Assembly (NCBI RefSeq): GCF_009914755.1
Contig: NC_060926.1
Origin: the human T2T-CHM13v2.0 reference genome, Homo sapiens
Reading direction: 5' to 3' (one strand)
DNA length: 64,000 nucleotides
Shown: one piece after another, positions 27,616 to 43,027 of the stretch
Layout: each line of letters starts with the position of its first letter
Position numbering within the stretch: position 1 is the stretch's first letter
Position numbers and translations under genes: made by a program
The notes under the pieces: generated by a model
What the model saw: the letters and a program-made list of their open reading frames with translations, nothing else
What the model was told of the DNA's origin: nothing
The model's database searches: none

Positions 27616-28102
27616 CAATAGTCCCCCTTTATCCACCAGGGAGAAATATGTTCCAAGACCCCAACAGATGCCTGAAACCGTAGATAGTAGCAAACACTAT
27701 GTAAACAGATGCTCCTTGACTTACAATGGCATTATGTGCCAATAAACACATCAAAAGTCAAAAACATTGTAAGGCAAAAATGCATTTAACACCCTGATAA
27801 ACTGATTATAAAGTCAAAAAATTGTAAGTTGAACTATCATAAGTCAGGGACTGTCCATACTATGTATTTTCCTATACATTCATACCTATGATAAAGTTTA
27901 TGTTGTAAATTAGGCACAGAAAGAGATTAACAACAACTAATAATAAAACAGAACAATTACAACAACGTACTGTAATAAAAGTTATATTAATGTAGCTTCT
28001 CTCCCTCTCACAATATCTTATTGTACCATACTCATCCATTTAATATCATCAGACCACGGTTGAACATGGGTAACAGAAACCGTGAATAAGTGGGGATGAC
28101 TG
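27616..28102 (-). mobile_element. MER44-like Tigger MITE with a nested MER47-like MITE (27706-27857)
   Basis: Outer copy is homologous to 17257-17591; inner insert begins cagatgctccttgacttac and ends taagtcagggactgtc. Confidence 0.7.
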
Positions 28103-28534
28103 TATTTCTAAAACTGAAAAAAATGGCAGAATCCAAATGTTGGTAGAAGCAAAATATGTGCTAAACAATAGGTAAATGGTTGAATAAATTATGCTATATT
28201 AATAGAATGAATTATTACATCACTACTTAAAAATTACCATTATGAAGACTATAGCAACTGAGGAAATGCTCAGAATACAATGCTGATAGGAAGAACAAAA
28301 ATTATTTGCATGTTGACAATCATGCCAAAAATACATTTATTAAAATACCGAATGATAAATAACTACAGCATCAGTAGCTACATTAGAATAATTTAAAAAT
28401 TGTAATTTTTTCCTATTTTCTAAAAAGTTAATGTGGTCATTATTTTAGTTGAAAATATTTTTAAAATTTTCCTCTACTTAAGAAAAGACATACTTTTGTA
28501 ATCTCCTATATTTTATTTATATTAACAAACTTAC

Positions 28535-28639
28535 CATAAATTTTTCGAATTTCTAGTCCAAGTCGATCTTTATACAAGTCTGCAGATTTCTGCAGCCTTT
28601 TCAACCTCTCTGCATTCGCTTTATTAGCAGTAGAAATAG
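28535..28639 (-). CDS. SPC25: SPC25 exon 5 (105 nt; [16 protein letters not shown]...EIRKIYG)
   Basis: AG/GT boundaries; in frame. Confidence 0.97.
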
Positions 28640-29702
28640 CTGATTAAAAAACACACACAATATTAAATGTTTTAAATAATAGCAAATTAATGCTCACTGA
28701 GTTAATTTTTTAAACTTAAAATCAACTATAAAATGATGCCAAGCCTATAAATCTGCTTCCATTTATTGTTTCTATATCTACCAGTTGGCTAAAAGAAGCT
28801 TCTGTTCATTCAAGTTGGAAGGAAAAACTGCTCAGGAAAATGTATACAGATAGTGAGAAGAATAAGCCTTGTCTTACTTTATTATGTAGTAGCATAAGTA
28901 AATAGGCCAGGGATTTGTATGGCTGGCATAGAAATAGACTTCATTTATACTACTGTGCTTTTTTTCTAGATAACCAATTGCTTCATGGGAAAATGGTCTC
29001 TTCCTTTAACATAACTATTTCTTATGAGAGGTCAGCCTTATTTCATGCTAGTTTAGTTTTTTCTTTTTTTTTTTTTTTTAAGTTAGCACAATAGTCCCTA
29101 AATATACTTTAAAGTAGCACAATAGTCCCTAAGTAATGAGAAAAATAATTTCACAATTTAGACTTGGATAAGAACTCCACAAGAAAAAGCATTTACAAAA
29201 CAAACTTTGCTATTTTCAGATTTGAAGAATAGACTACCTAGTTTGTGAGCAAACAAGGCTCCTTTCTAAAAGATGCATTCATTTGAATATGAAAGTTCTT
29301 TATACATAAGAGATTTTGCAGCATAAAAAGAACGCTTAACATTACCTGGCAGAGAATGTATGGTCAATAAATATTTGTTGCATAAAGTACACTATGGCTT
29401 GTCCAAAGCAAATTTTATTTAGGGACACCATTTCTCACTCTGCTTAATTAAAACCTCCTATCAATTTCATTATTACTGATTATATTAAAAATAACAAGAG
29501 AAGGCCCTTTAAGTAAGACAAAAGAAAATAAAACCCAGTTAGTTAACTTTAATGACATCTTGCAGAGATGAGTGGCTGGTTATGCCCTGGGGTACTGTAA
29601 TCCATTTTTAGCAATGAACTGGAACAGGCAAGATGTACTTAATAAAGGTGAACCGTCACCACTTTCCATTTTAGATCAGTATGTTTATAAGAGGAAACTT
29701 AC

Positions 29703-29849
29703 TTTCCTTCTTCCTAGAATATTCTTCCTTAAGATCCTGGATATTTGCAGTCAGTACTTCCAATTCCTGCTTTTTGCCTTTTACTTCAGCAATCAATTTT
29801 AACAAGTTATCCTTTTTTTCTTGAATGAGCTTATTTTGCCTGCTGATCT
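29703..29849 (-). CDS. SPC25: SPC25 exon 4 (147 nt; [12 protein letters not shown]...YSRKKE, coiled coil)
   Basis: AG/GT boundaries; ORF 29671-29862. Confidence 0.97.
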
Positions 29850-30189
29850 CTGTAAGAAGCACAAGGTATTAGCTAGAATATGCTTGGCTCTCTGACATGT
29901 ATCTAAGAAAAGGCCAAAGTTTACTGACTTTCATAAAGATTAATAAAGAATGTTTTGACTGATAAGCATTTTCTAATGATTCAAAATTATAAAAGACAAA
30001 AAAGAAAAAAAACCTAATCTATTCTTTCCTACTTACTCATCTTTAAAAAAAATGAGACAGAAAAGCTTCTTAAAATGAGAATACCAAATTAAATCAAGAA
30101 ACAGAAAATCAAAAGATCATGACCCTTGCAGCTCCCCACTCCAAATAAGCACAGAAATAAAAACTACCAACAAAGATAACTAAACTCTA

Positions 30190-30464
30190 TTATTTATTTT
30201 ATTTTTATATTTTTTTGAAACAGGGTCTCACTGTTGCCCAGGCTGGAATACAGTGGCACAATCACTACTCATTGCAGCCTCCCACCTTAGCATCCCTAGT
30301 ACCTGGGACTACAGGCACACACCACATCACGCCTGGCTGATTTTTAAATTTTTTTGTCTCACTATGTTGCCCAGGCTAGTCTCAAACTCTTAGGCTCAAG
30401 CAATCCTCCTACCTCAGCCTCTCAAAAAGTGCTGGGATTACCAGTGCAAGCCACCACGCCTGGC
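30190..30464 (-). mobile_element. AluJ
   Basis: gaaacagggtctcac...ggctcaagcaatcc. Confidence 0.85.
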
Positions 30465-31303
30465 CAACAACCAAACTCTAGAAGATGGTTTTAAACAGTG
30501 CTTTGAGGAAAAGCCTCACTCTAATGCTATATAAATTATTCCGGAACATACCAAAAGACAGAAATAAGTGAAGGAAGACAGGTGGGCAGGCAAAGCTTAC
30601 AATGTAAGCATAATTCTAAAGCTAAAACAAAAAATTAAAGATAGCACTGGCCCTCTGCCCACAACTATATAAACTAATCTCACTTAAAAACATAGGTGCA
30701 AAGATGCTCAATAAAATATTAAGTTACATTAAAAATAATCCACTAAGAGCAAATATAGTTTATACCAAGGATTTTACATAGTGAAGGTGTAATATTAGGA
30801 AAATCCATCACATGAATAAGAATTGAAGAGACATTTCATATGAATTCAGCATCCACTCCTGACTATTCTTAACTATAAATGGAAGGACATTTAACATGAT
30901 AGAAACAAATCAAAAACCTTTCAAATCTCATAATATATATTTGGCATTTCCAAAAGGAATAAAATAGATGCCAGTTAGCACTGTTATTTAATATTTCCCT
31001 AGAAGTTTCTGGCCAAGACAAGATATTTAGCTGGTAAAACTATAAGGAAAAAACAAGAACTATTTTTCATTATATGTAGACAATAGACATCTATCTAGAA
31101 TACTCAGAAAAATCTACTGAAAACCTATCAGAATTTGTGGTACTACACACCAAAAAAATCAATAGTTTTTGTACATAACACCAGTGATTAATACATAGGT
31201 AAGAATAGATGTTTATACTAATATTAATAGCTGCAATATTCGTTTTTGTTCTTTGTTTTTATTGGTTTTATTAGTTTTTGCTATTCTGTGCTATTTTTAA
31301 GTA

Positions 31304-33604
31304 CTGGCATACGTTGGAGATATTGCAAGTTCTATTCCAGATCACTGTGATAAAGCGAATATTGCCATAAAGCAAGTCACACAAATATTTTGGTTTCCCA
31401 GTACATAGAAAAGTTATTTTACACTATATTGTAGTCTATTAAGCGTGCAATAGCATTATGGCTAAAAAACAAATGTACATATCTTAATTAAAAATATTTT
31501 ATTGCTAAAATATGCTAATAATCATCTGAGCCTTCAGCAAGTCCTAAACTTTTGCAGGGGGAGGGTCTTGCCTTGATGTTGATGGCTGCTGACTGATCAG
31601 AGTGGTAGCTGCTGAAGGTTGGGGTGGCTGTGGCAATTTATTATAATAGGACAACAATAAAGTTTGCTGCATTAATCAACTCTTTCATGAAAGATTTCTC
31701 TGCAGCATACAATGATGTTTGACAGCATTTACCCCTGGTAGAACTGTTTTCAAAATTGGAGTCAGTCTTCTCAAACCCTGCGCTACTTTATCAACTAAGT
31801 TTATATAATAGTCTAAATCCTTTGTTGTCAGTTAAACAATGTTCACAGCATCTTCACCAGGAGTGGATTCCATTCCATAAAACCACTTTCTTTGCTTATC
31901 CATAAGAAGCAACTCCTTATCCATTCAAGTTTTATCTGAGATGGCAGCAATTCGGTCACATCTTCAGGCTCCACTTCTAAATCTAGGTCTCTTGTGATTT
32001 CCACCACATCTGTAGTTACTTTCTCCATTGAAGTCTTGAACCTCTCAAAGTCATCCATGAGGGTTAAAATCAACTTCTTCCAAGCTCTTGTTCATGTTGA
32101 TATTTTGACCTCTTCCTGTGAATCACGAATGTTCTATGGCATCTAGAATGGTGAATCCTTTCTCTGGAAGGTTTTCAATTTATTTTGCCCAGATCTATCA
32201 GAGTTAATCACTATTTGGGTAGCTATAACCTTATTTCTTAAATAATGAGACATGAAAGTCAAAACTACCCCTTGATCCATGGGCTGCAGAATGGATGTTG
32301 TCTTAGTAGGCATGAAAACAACACTAATCTCCATCAGCGCTCTTGAGTGACCAGATGCACTGTTAATGAGCAGAAATATTTTGAAAGCCATCTTTTTTCC
32401 TGAGTAGAAGGCCTCAACAGTGGGCCTAAAATATTCAGTAAACTATGCTATACACACATGTGCTGTCATCTAGGCTTTGCTATTCCATTTATAGAACATA
32501 GGCAGAGTAGATTTAGTATAATTCTTAAGGGCCCTAGGATTTGGGGAATGGCAAGTGAGCACAGGCTTCAACTTAAAGTCACCAGGTGCATTAGTCACTA
32601 AAGAGTCAGCCTGTCTTTGAAGCTTCAAAGCAGGCCTTGACTTCTCTCTAGCTATGAAAGTCCTAGATGGCATCTTCTTCCAATAGAAAACTGCTTTTTC
32701 ATCTACATCAAAAATCCGTTCTTTAATGATCTGTTCATTCAATGATCTTAGCTAGATAACTTGCTGTAGCTTCTACATTAGCACTTCTGCTTCATCTTGC
32801 ATTTTTATTTTATGGAGGCAGCTGCTTTCCTTAAACCTCAAGAACCAACTTCTGCTAGCTTCAAACTTTTCTTCTGAAACTTCCTCATCTTTCTCAAGCC
32901 TTCACAGAATTGAAGAGGGCTAGAGTCTTACCCTGAATTAGGCTTTTGCTTAAGGGAATGTTGTGGTTTGTTTGCTCTTCTATTAAGGCCACTAAAATTT
33001 TCTCTAACAATAAGGCTGTTTCTCTTTCTTATCATTCGTGTGTTCACTGAATTAGCACTTTTGCTAATTGGCGCAAGAGGCCAAGCTTTCAGCCTATCTC
33101 AGCTTTTGACACACTTTCCCACTAAGCTTAATCATTTCTAGCTTTTGATTTAAAGTGAGAGACCTATGACTCCTTCTTTCAGTTGAACAATTAGAGGTCA
33201 CTATAGGGTTATTAATTGGCCTAATTTCAATACTGGAGACTAGGGAGGCCCAAGGAGAGGAAGAATGACAGGAATGGCTGGTCAGCAGAGCAGTCAGAAG
33301 TCATTCAACATTTATCCATTAAGTTTGTCATCTTATATGGGTGTCATTCATGGCACTTAAAACAATTACAATAGTAACGTCAAAGATCACTGATCATAGA
33401 GCACCACAAGAAATATAATAATGACAAGTTTGAAATCTTGTGAGAATTACCAACATGTGACAGATACGAAGTCACCACATGCTGATGGAAAAATGGTGCC
33501 CACAGACTTGCTTGACACATGGTTGCCATTAACCTTTAATTTGTAAAAATTGCAATATCTGTAAAGTGCAATAAAGTGAAGTGCAATAAAACAAGGTATC
33601 CATG
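31304..33604 (-). mobile_element. Near full-length Tigger1 DNA transposon (decayed pogo-like DDE transposase)
   Basis: TIRs c(t)ggcatac / gtatccatg with flanking TA; ORF remnants [25 protein letters not shown] and [12 protein letters not shown]. Confidence 0.9.
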
Positions 33605-34791
33605 TACCAAAATACTGGCCTTTTACATCTGTCTCACATATTGGCCAGCACCTCATTACTCCTTCTTGGCTTTAATCTCTCTACCTTCCCTGCCTTCCCC
33701 ATGTCCCTGTCACTCTCTGTACAAGTTCTTCTTGCCCTAGCCCTCTTAAACACTCAGCTTCTGCAACTACCCACCCCTTTCTCACACACATGCTCAAAAT
33801 AAAAACAACAATGCCTGTGCATAAACCTGGCCAAACCTCTCTGCTGGGAAAGGAGTAACCCTGGCAGGGCCACTTCTTCCTCTGTTTGTTGGAAGAAAGA
33901 TACAACCGCTGCTACTTGGGGCCCATTGCACAGAGATGGTGTCCCCAAAATGCCAATCAGGGGGCTAGACAAAGCAGGAAGGCACAAAAAGCATAAGAGC
34001 TCTAGGGCAGAGGCTACTGAGGTCAAATAAGCAGAGCCAGTAGAGCTCAAGTGGTGCTTTATAATGTGCTTATGAATTTCTGAATTAAAGATTTAGTTTT
34101 ACTAATACTTAAATGAAATCTAAACACTTTAAAATCGAATGCCAATTAATGCCAGTAGTCTAGAATTGTATCAAATAAACCAAACTATCTATACTGTCAT
34201 TTAATTCCAGTATCATAATTACAAGTAAATATGTGCTCCAAGGATGAGTAATCTTTTTCTCAAAGTTAAACAAGTTAGTCCATCACTGAATTTATGAAGA
34301 CTTTAAATACCATAAATCTTCAAAAGAGAAATACACTATGATCTGTTTCCCAAATTGAAGTGAGCATGGAATTCTCAGTGCTTGAACAACATCTCTCAAG
34401 ACAAGCATTCCTCAGGCAACAGGAAAATCTCGTTTACAGAGGTAACAAACAGAAAATTCAGAATCAACCTAGATCAAGAAATATGTAGGCTCTGTCTGAA
34501 AAAAACTGCAAAGCTTGTCTGAGACACATATTTGATCTGGATATATGAAGAGATATTTTATGCTTCTAAATATTATAAAAGATATGCCAAACAAACGTTG
34601 GCAGTTAGGAAGTTAATATGATAAATGAAATATCAAATCAATGTTCAAGAGGTAGATTATTCTCTAAACAGTGCCGAAATCCAAAATAAATTCTTTAGTC
34701 TTTTACTACTTTTTTAAAAGAAGAGGAAAAACACTCAGCAGTTCAGTAACTTGCCCAAAGCTGTATTTGCTAGGCTAAAATAAATAATAAG

Positions 34792-35184
<393 letters not shown>

Positions 35185-36169
35185 TTAATCTCAAGAGGAA
35201 GACACAAATACAAATTCCTAAGAAAAAAACAGACAAAGGGATAAACAGATGAAACACAGAATGCAGATGGCTAATAAATATGAAAGATAATTTAACCTCA
35301 GATTAATCACAGAAATGCAAGTAAAACAGTAAGATTTCAATTTTCATTTATTACAACAATGTTTACAGAAATAATTACTAATATTGAGAGGAATGCAAAA
35401 TGCTAGGGTCCTTCTAGAAAATATTTTTGACATTGTAAAATAAAAGAGCCTTAAAAATATTTACCTCCTTTGACCCAGCAATTTCATTTTTACAAAGTTA
35501 CCCTAGGGAAATAGGATACGTGCAAATATTTATATATAAAAATTATTTTTCAGTATTTATAATGAAAAACTGAAAACATCTTCAATGGCTAACAAGCAAA
35601 TGATTTTTAAAATATGGTATATCGATAAGATGGAATGTATTTTCAAAACAATTTAGCAATGTGGGAAAATATTCTCAAAGTTGAAAAAAAAAGATAGTTA
35701 TATAGATACCATGAATATAATTACGTTAAAAACCTACATAGCTCATGAAAAACAAAAGCTAGAAAGTTGTTTTGTTAAATATGGTTCTCAACATTACAGG
35801 TGATATTTTTTGCTTTTCTGTATGTTCTAAGAATATGAACATGATCATATATTATGTCAAGTATAATTTAAAAATAAACATCTTACTAGAAAGAAAAATG
35901 CTACTATTTAAAGAAAAAAATTAAGTAGAATTGTACTACACAAGAAATTCAGATTGAAAGTCAAAGGTCTCAAGTCTGATTCAGCTTATCAGTTCTTACC
36001 CAAAGATCTCGGTCAAAATCACGACTTCTGAAACTCTTTTGCTCATTTGTAAAATGGGGATAACATTGGCTACCCCATTCACTGGGGTTAGAGTATCCAG
36101 TAATAATAATACAAAAACTTTTAAACTAGTGACACATAAATACCACATATGAGAGTGTTTTTATTATAA

Positions 36170-36535
<366 letters not shown>

Positions 36536-38204
36536 TGCTGTGTGACTATTATTACATGTGTACATAGCAGGCTGTCTTATTCCCAGGACCGACATTTCAA
36601 ACTTTCACTCCTACACACCAGAGGAACCCTTCTTTGCATTTTCACTCCAATGCACGTCAGTATAGCACAATGGAAAGAGCACAGACACTATCATTGTGAT
36701 CCTAGATCCTCTATTTACCTTAGGCAAGTTTCTTAACCTCAGTGAGCTTCAATTTCCTCATCTGTAAAACAGGGATAATCTCTGTCTTAGACAGACTTCA
36801 GGATTTATAATAATGTAAAAGCCTGCCCATAGTAAATACCTCTCACTTTCAATAGATGATCTTCCTTCTTGTGATAATTAGAATTTATGGCTCCAGAACT
36901 TTAGGCTATTTTGTTCTCTGCAGTATCTTCCTAGAAGATTACCTGGTATACAGCAGTAGCTCAACAAGTATTTGGTCAGTGAATGAATTCCTTCCATCTT
37001 TCTTGTTCCCAAAATATCTATCTCAATCTTTACCTTACTGGATCTACCTGTGACTTACAGTGTTAACAACACCCTTTATTATTTCTCTCCTCTTTTAGTT
37101 TTGGTGACCTTCTCTCTTACTTCCTCTGTTCTCCAATTACGAATTCTGTCTTTCCTGGTCGTTTCCATTTAACTCTCTCAAATTGGAGAGGAAATGTAAT
37201 GCTCTGAAGATGAGTAAGGCTTCTGGAGTTAATCTGATGATCTGGGGCAAATCATAATCTCTCTGGGACTGCAATATCAGAAAAGTAGGAATAATAATAA
37301 TAAATGATACCAACCCTGGAGAACTATCATGAGGACTGAAGGAGGTGGTCAATGTAAGGCATTTAGCACAGTACCTGGCACACAGTAATGAGTAAATAAA
37401 TATTATTACTAACCAAGGCTACCTTCTTTCACTCTACATATTCTTCCACAGCTTCAACCCCCTAAATACACTAAAGACTCACAAATCCCTATCTTCAGCA
37501 AAGACCACTTTTCTGGCTGGCTTCCAGATGAATATATCCATTGCCTATCAGATATCGCCACCTGAAGACTTGCTGCACAATAAACTCAGCATATTCACCC
37601 AACATGTTTAAAATTGAACCCACATATGTTTCCTTCCCACCTATAAAAACATGCTCCTCCTCTCTTTCAATCCCTCACTTAGTAAATGCATCACCACTGA
37701 TTCATACTCCATGTCAGAAGGAATCATCCTAGACCACAGCATACTCTCACCTTCAGGCCCACAGTCTTGAGTCTAACTCTTCAGACCTGTCACTGGTCCA
37801 AGCCATACTCATTATGTGCCTGTACTATTACACTAAATTTTTCCTTTAACTGGTCTCTTTATGGACAACAATCTCACTCCCCTCCTGTTTATTGTGCATG
37901 ATTACTAGATTGCTTCTTCTGGCATATAAATCCAATATCATTTTCCAGGTTGAAATCCTGTAGCAACTCTTTATCTCCTGAAAAACAAAGTCTAACCCCC
38001 TTTGCACAACATGGAATGTCCATCATCTGGCCAACGAGTTCTTCCAGCCACTTCTCCACCACTCCCCATCCACAGGGTACTCTAGCCATCCCAGAACTTA
38101 ACAAGCTCTCATGTTCCTGCCATATTCCATGTGCTGTTCCCTCTTCCCAGAATGTAATGCTGACTCTGTTGAACATCCCTAACCCTCCTTTATGTGATTT
38201 TCTC

Positions 38205-38425
38205 CAAAGTAGTGTGGTATAATCAGACCGCAGGTTCAAATCATATTTCTGTTCATTATCAGCTATCTGACCTTGAGAAAGTTGCTTAACCTCTCTGTGC
38301 TTATTTTGTCATAAAAAAGCAGTATCTATACCTCTTAGGGTTGTTGTGAGGATTCATGAGTCAATATATGCAAAGAGCTTAGAACAGGGCTTAGCACATG
38401 GTATACAAGGTAATGGTTAGCTATT
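38205..38425 (+). mobile_element. MIR
   Basis: ggttcaaatc...tgaccttgagaaagttgcttaacctctctgtgc...gggttgttgtgaggatt. Confidence 0.8.
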
Positions 38426-38517
38426 AAATATCCTGCATTCCTCACTGGAAGAACCAAACCCTCCAGATTCTATCCTCACACAGCATCTATTACATTATTC
38501 TAACAACGAATACAATC

Positions 38518-38822
38518 TTTTTTTTTTTTTTTTTTTGGAGACAGGGTCTCACTCTGTCGCCCAGGCTGGAGTGAAGTGGCATGATCACGGCTCACTGTAA
38601 CCTCAATCTCCTGGGCTCAAGCGATCCTCCTGTCTCAGCCTCCTGAGTAGCTGGGACTACAGGTGCCCACCACCACACCTGGCTAATTTTTCCTTAATTT
38701 TTATTGAGACAAGGTCTCACTATATTGCCCAGGCTGGTCTTGAACTCCTGGACTCAGGCAATCCTCCTGCCTCAGCCTCCCAAAGTGCTGGGATTACTTT
38801 GGCTTGAGCCATCGAGCCTGGA
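38518..38822 (-). mobile_element. AluJ
   Basis: Dimeric antisense Alu. Confidence 0.9.
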
Positions 38823-38986
38823 ACAATATATTTTAATTGTGGTTTCCCTATCTATATCCCCCACAATATTGTGAGTAGATTATACTTTATGCACTGTTGT
38901 CTCCTTAGTGGTGGGCAATAGCAGTCATATGTTCATTGAATTAATTAAACTTGAGTAAACTGTATTTCTGTTCAAGTATAAACTGA

Positions 38987-39283
<297 letters not shown>

Positions 39284-39604
39284 CAAGTATAAACTGATTT
39301 TTAAAAGAAAAATATTGATAATGCTTTTAGATTTTAGACTATATAGAGCATAACTTCATACTATAGATAATCTTTAAGAGCACAGTTTGAGACTCACAGC
39401 AGTAAAACTGACAGTTCCAAACTTAATTTTCTAATGCCTAGGGATCCTACAAAGAAGTTTTAAAGAACCCAAACTCAATATCACTCTTTCACACACACAT
39501 GCAAACAAAAGTGGTTTTCTTTTTTGCTTATGGTTACAGAGGGAATGAGAGAAGCAGTGAAGGGCATGGAAGCTTCAGGGCAGATTAGAAAGTAAACATG
39601 GGTA

Positions 39605-39955
<351 letters not shown>

Positions 39956-40462
39956 CTACTGGGGTAACAAAGTCAAATGCCTTCATGGGCCACACAATGA
40001 GTAAAGTGGGTAAGTCAAGGCTACCCATTTTGCAAATGAAAGAACATATGCCCCATGTAAGGACATTCTAGTCTAATATTGTTTAAAACATGGTGCCTTT
40101 AAACCAAGTATCTCTAGTGGAATTTGAACTGTGGACACATGTTTGTGTCCTGTGTGTAAGAATTCAGTAAAAACTACTGGTTTACTCTGGACAACCTGGA
40201 GAGTAGTAGAAATAAGATGGCAAGAATAGTAGTAAAAATATGGAGAAAAACACTGTCAGAGTACTAACAGAGCTGAGAGAACTCTAGCTTTTCAATCCCC
40301 AGGCTGTGATTTCCAACGTGAAAACAAACTCATCTTTTAAAAAATACTGGCATTTATACCTTAACACTGACAAATCTCACAAGTATAGTGCTGAGTGAAA
40401 AAATGGACAGAAGACATACAAGAGAATGCCATTTATATAACATTCAAAAACACAATACTAGA

Positions 40463-41603
<1,141 letters not shown>

Positions 41604-41669
41604 TGAGAGATTTCATGATAAAGATGTTTTATCTAAAAAAAACCCCATGATTTATACTTTTTCACATAC

Positions 41670-41735
41670 GATTTTGATATTCCAGAAACATCTCAACCAT
41701 TCGTTCTTCTTCCTTTAATTTCACAGACAGCTTTT
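41670..41735 (-). CDS. SPC25: SPC25 exon 3 (66 nt; [22 protein letters not shown])
   Basis: AG/GT boundaries; 95-nt intron 2. Confidence 0.97.
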
Positions 41736-41830
41736 CTGAAAGAGAAATTGAACTTTCAATTCAGCTGCAATAACACTAAAAAATAAACTAGAACAGCAAA
41801 ACCAGCATGTTACAAGTTAACACTAGGTAC

Positions 41831-41963
41831 CTGCAAATGCTTTGATGGAATCCTTGTAGGTATCTCTTAGTCCCGCCATCTGACAGGAGGTGTCCGTACT
41901 TTTGAATTTATTCCAAAATTCATTTATGCTTTTATCGAAAAGTGCCAGTTCGTCCTCTACCAT
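41831..41963 (-). CDS. SPC25: SPC25 exon 2 coding part (MVEDELALFDKSINEFWNKF...KAFA); exon begins at 41977
   Basis: ATG at 41963; acceptor at 41978-41979; GT donor at 41830; spliced CDS totals 675 nt = 224 aa NDC80 kinetochore subunit. Confidence 0.97.
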
Positions 41964-42761
41964 TATGTAGGACAATGCTAAAAACAGAATACATATTGCA
42001 TTTTTTAAGTTACTGAAATCAAATCACCCACATATTCCAATCGGGTATACAGTATTTTGGCAATTTGTCCTTTGCTAGAAAATAGCAACTTATCTTTAAT
42101 TCTAGGTATTCAAGGGTAGATCAAGCCACCTGGGCTTAACTGTTGTTAACGTGCAGCAATAATTCAGGACACCTTTACCTCCTAGCAGCTTGTTAGTAGG
42201 TAAGTGTAACTGCACAGGACACTCACACGCACTATGACCCTGGGTCCATTTTCTCACAAGTAAAACTGTTGACTTCTGAAACCCCTGATCCAACTCTAAC
42301 CCTTTCTGAACAGAGATCATCAGGATAGCCAGGTGGCCGGCACCCTCCCATAGAATAAGACCCCACACATCTATCCTGTCTCTCTCCTCCACCTCAGAAC
42401 AGTAAAAGTTAACAGTAAAATAGGGACTAAGGTGGGAGTTTAGTAGGTTCCGTCGAGGATGTATACAAGTCACCTCGGGCCTCAGTATCCTCTGTAAAAG
42501 GAGGTCCTGGGAGAATCCTGGACCCACCAGTACTCTGCGACGCTAAAACCTTCCCAGGAGGACCAAAGATACCTCCTGCAGTGAAACCCAGAACGCTTTG
42601 GGTTCGCAGCTGCCCACCCCACCAGGCTGTGAGGCCCAAACAGCAACAAGATGCGCATTTCACAAACGCCGCCGCAAATACACACATCCCGCCCTCAAAT
42701 TCACTTTCCCTTATTGCGACAGGGGGGCCAAGGAGCCCAGCTCGGCGCCCAACTCCCTTAC

Positions 42762-42870
42762 CTTCGCAGGCAGGCCTGAGTCCCGCCGCCTTCCCCACAC
42801 CAGATCCGCGCCCACTCTAGCCAACAGCCGGACTCTAGGCTCAGCTCCCGCAGCCCCGCCAACTTTCCGA
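42762..42870 (-). other. SPC25: SPC25 non-coding exon 1 (TSS approximate)
   Basis: Strong donor AAG|GTAAGG at 42762/42761 inside a CpG-rich region. Confidence 0.8.
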
Positions 42871-42871
42871 T

Positions 42872-43027
42872 TTCAAACCTAGTGCACTTCCCGCCACCCG
42901 CCTCCAGGCGCAGGCTGGCCTTCTGATTGGCCGATAGCGCAGGCTCTCCTTGACAGGATTGGTTGAACTCACCCTTGGATTCTCGAGGGGAAAATGGGGG
43001 AACAGGGCATTCTGGGATTCGTAGTTC
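42872..43027 (-). promoter_or_regulatory. SPC25: SPC25 cell-cycle promoter: CHR, E2F-like site, two CCAAT boxes, ZNF143-type motif
   Basis: TTTGAA 42872-42877; TGGCGGGAA 42888-42896; CCAAT 42926-42930 and 42958-42962 (32-bp spacing); GAACTACGAATCCCAGAATGC 43007-43027; CpG-rich ~42520-43110. Confidence 0.85.

Noticed and set aside
29084-29132. Short direct repeats (tagcacaatagtccctaa x2; also 44951-44983, 50776-50825, 63372-63410)
   Set aside because: Two-copy slippage duplications with no array or spacer structure; not CRISPR-like
31304-33604. Domesticated transposase gene
   Set aside because: Only short fragmented ORFs (76-90 aa); an ordinary Tigger1 fossil
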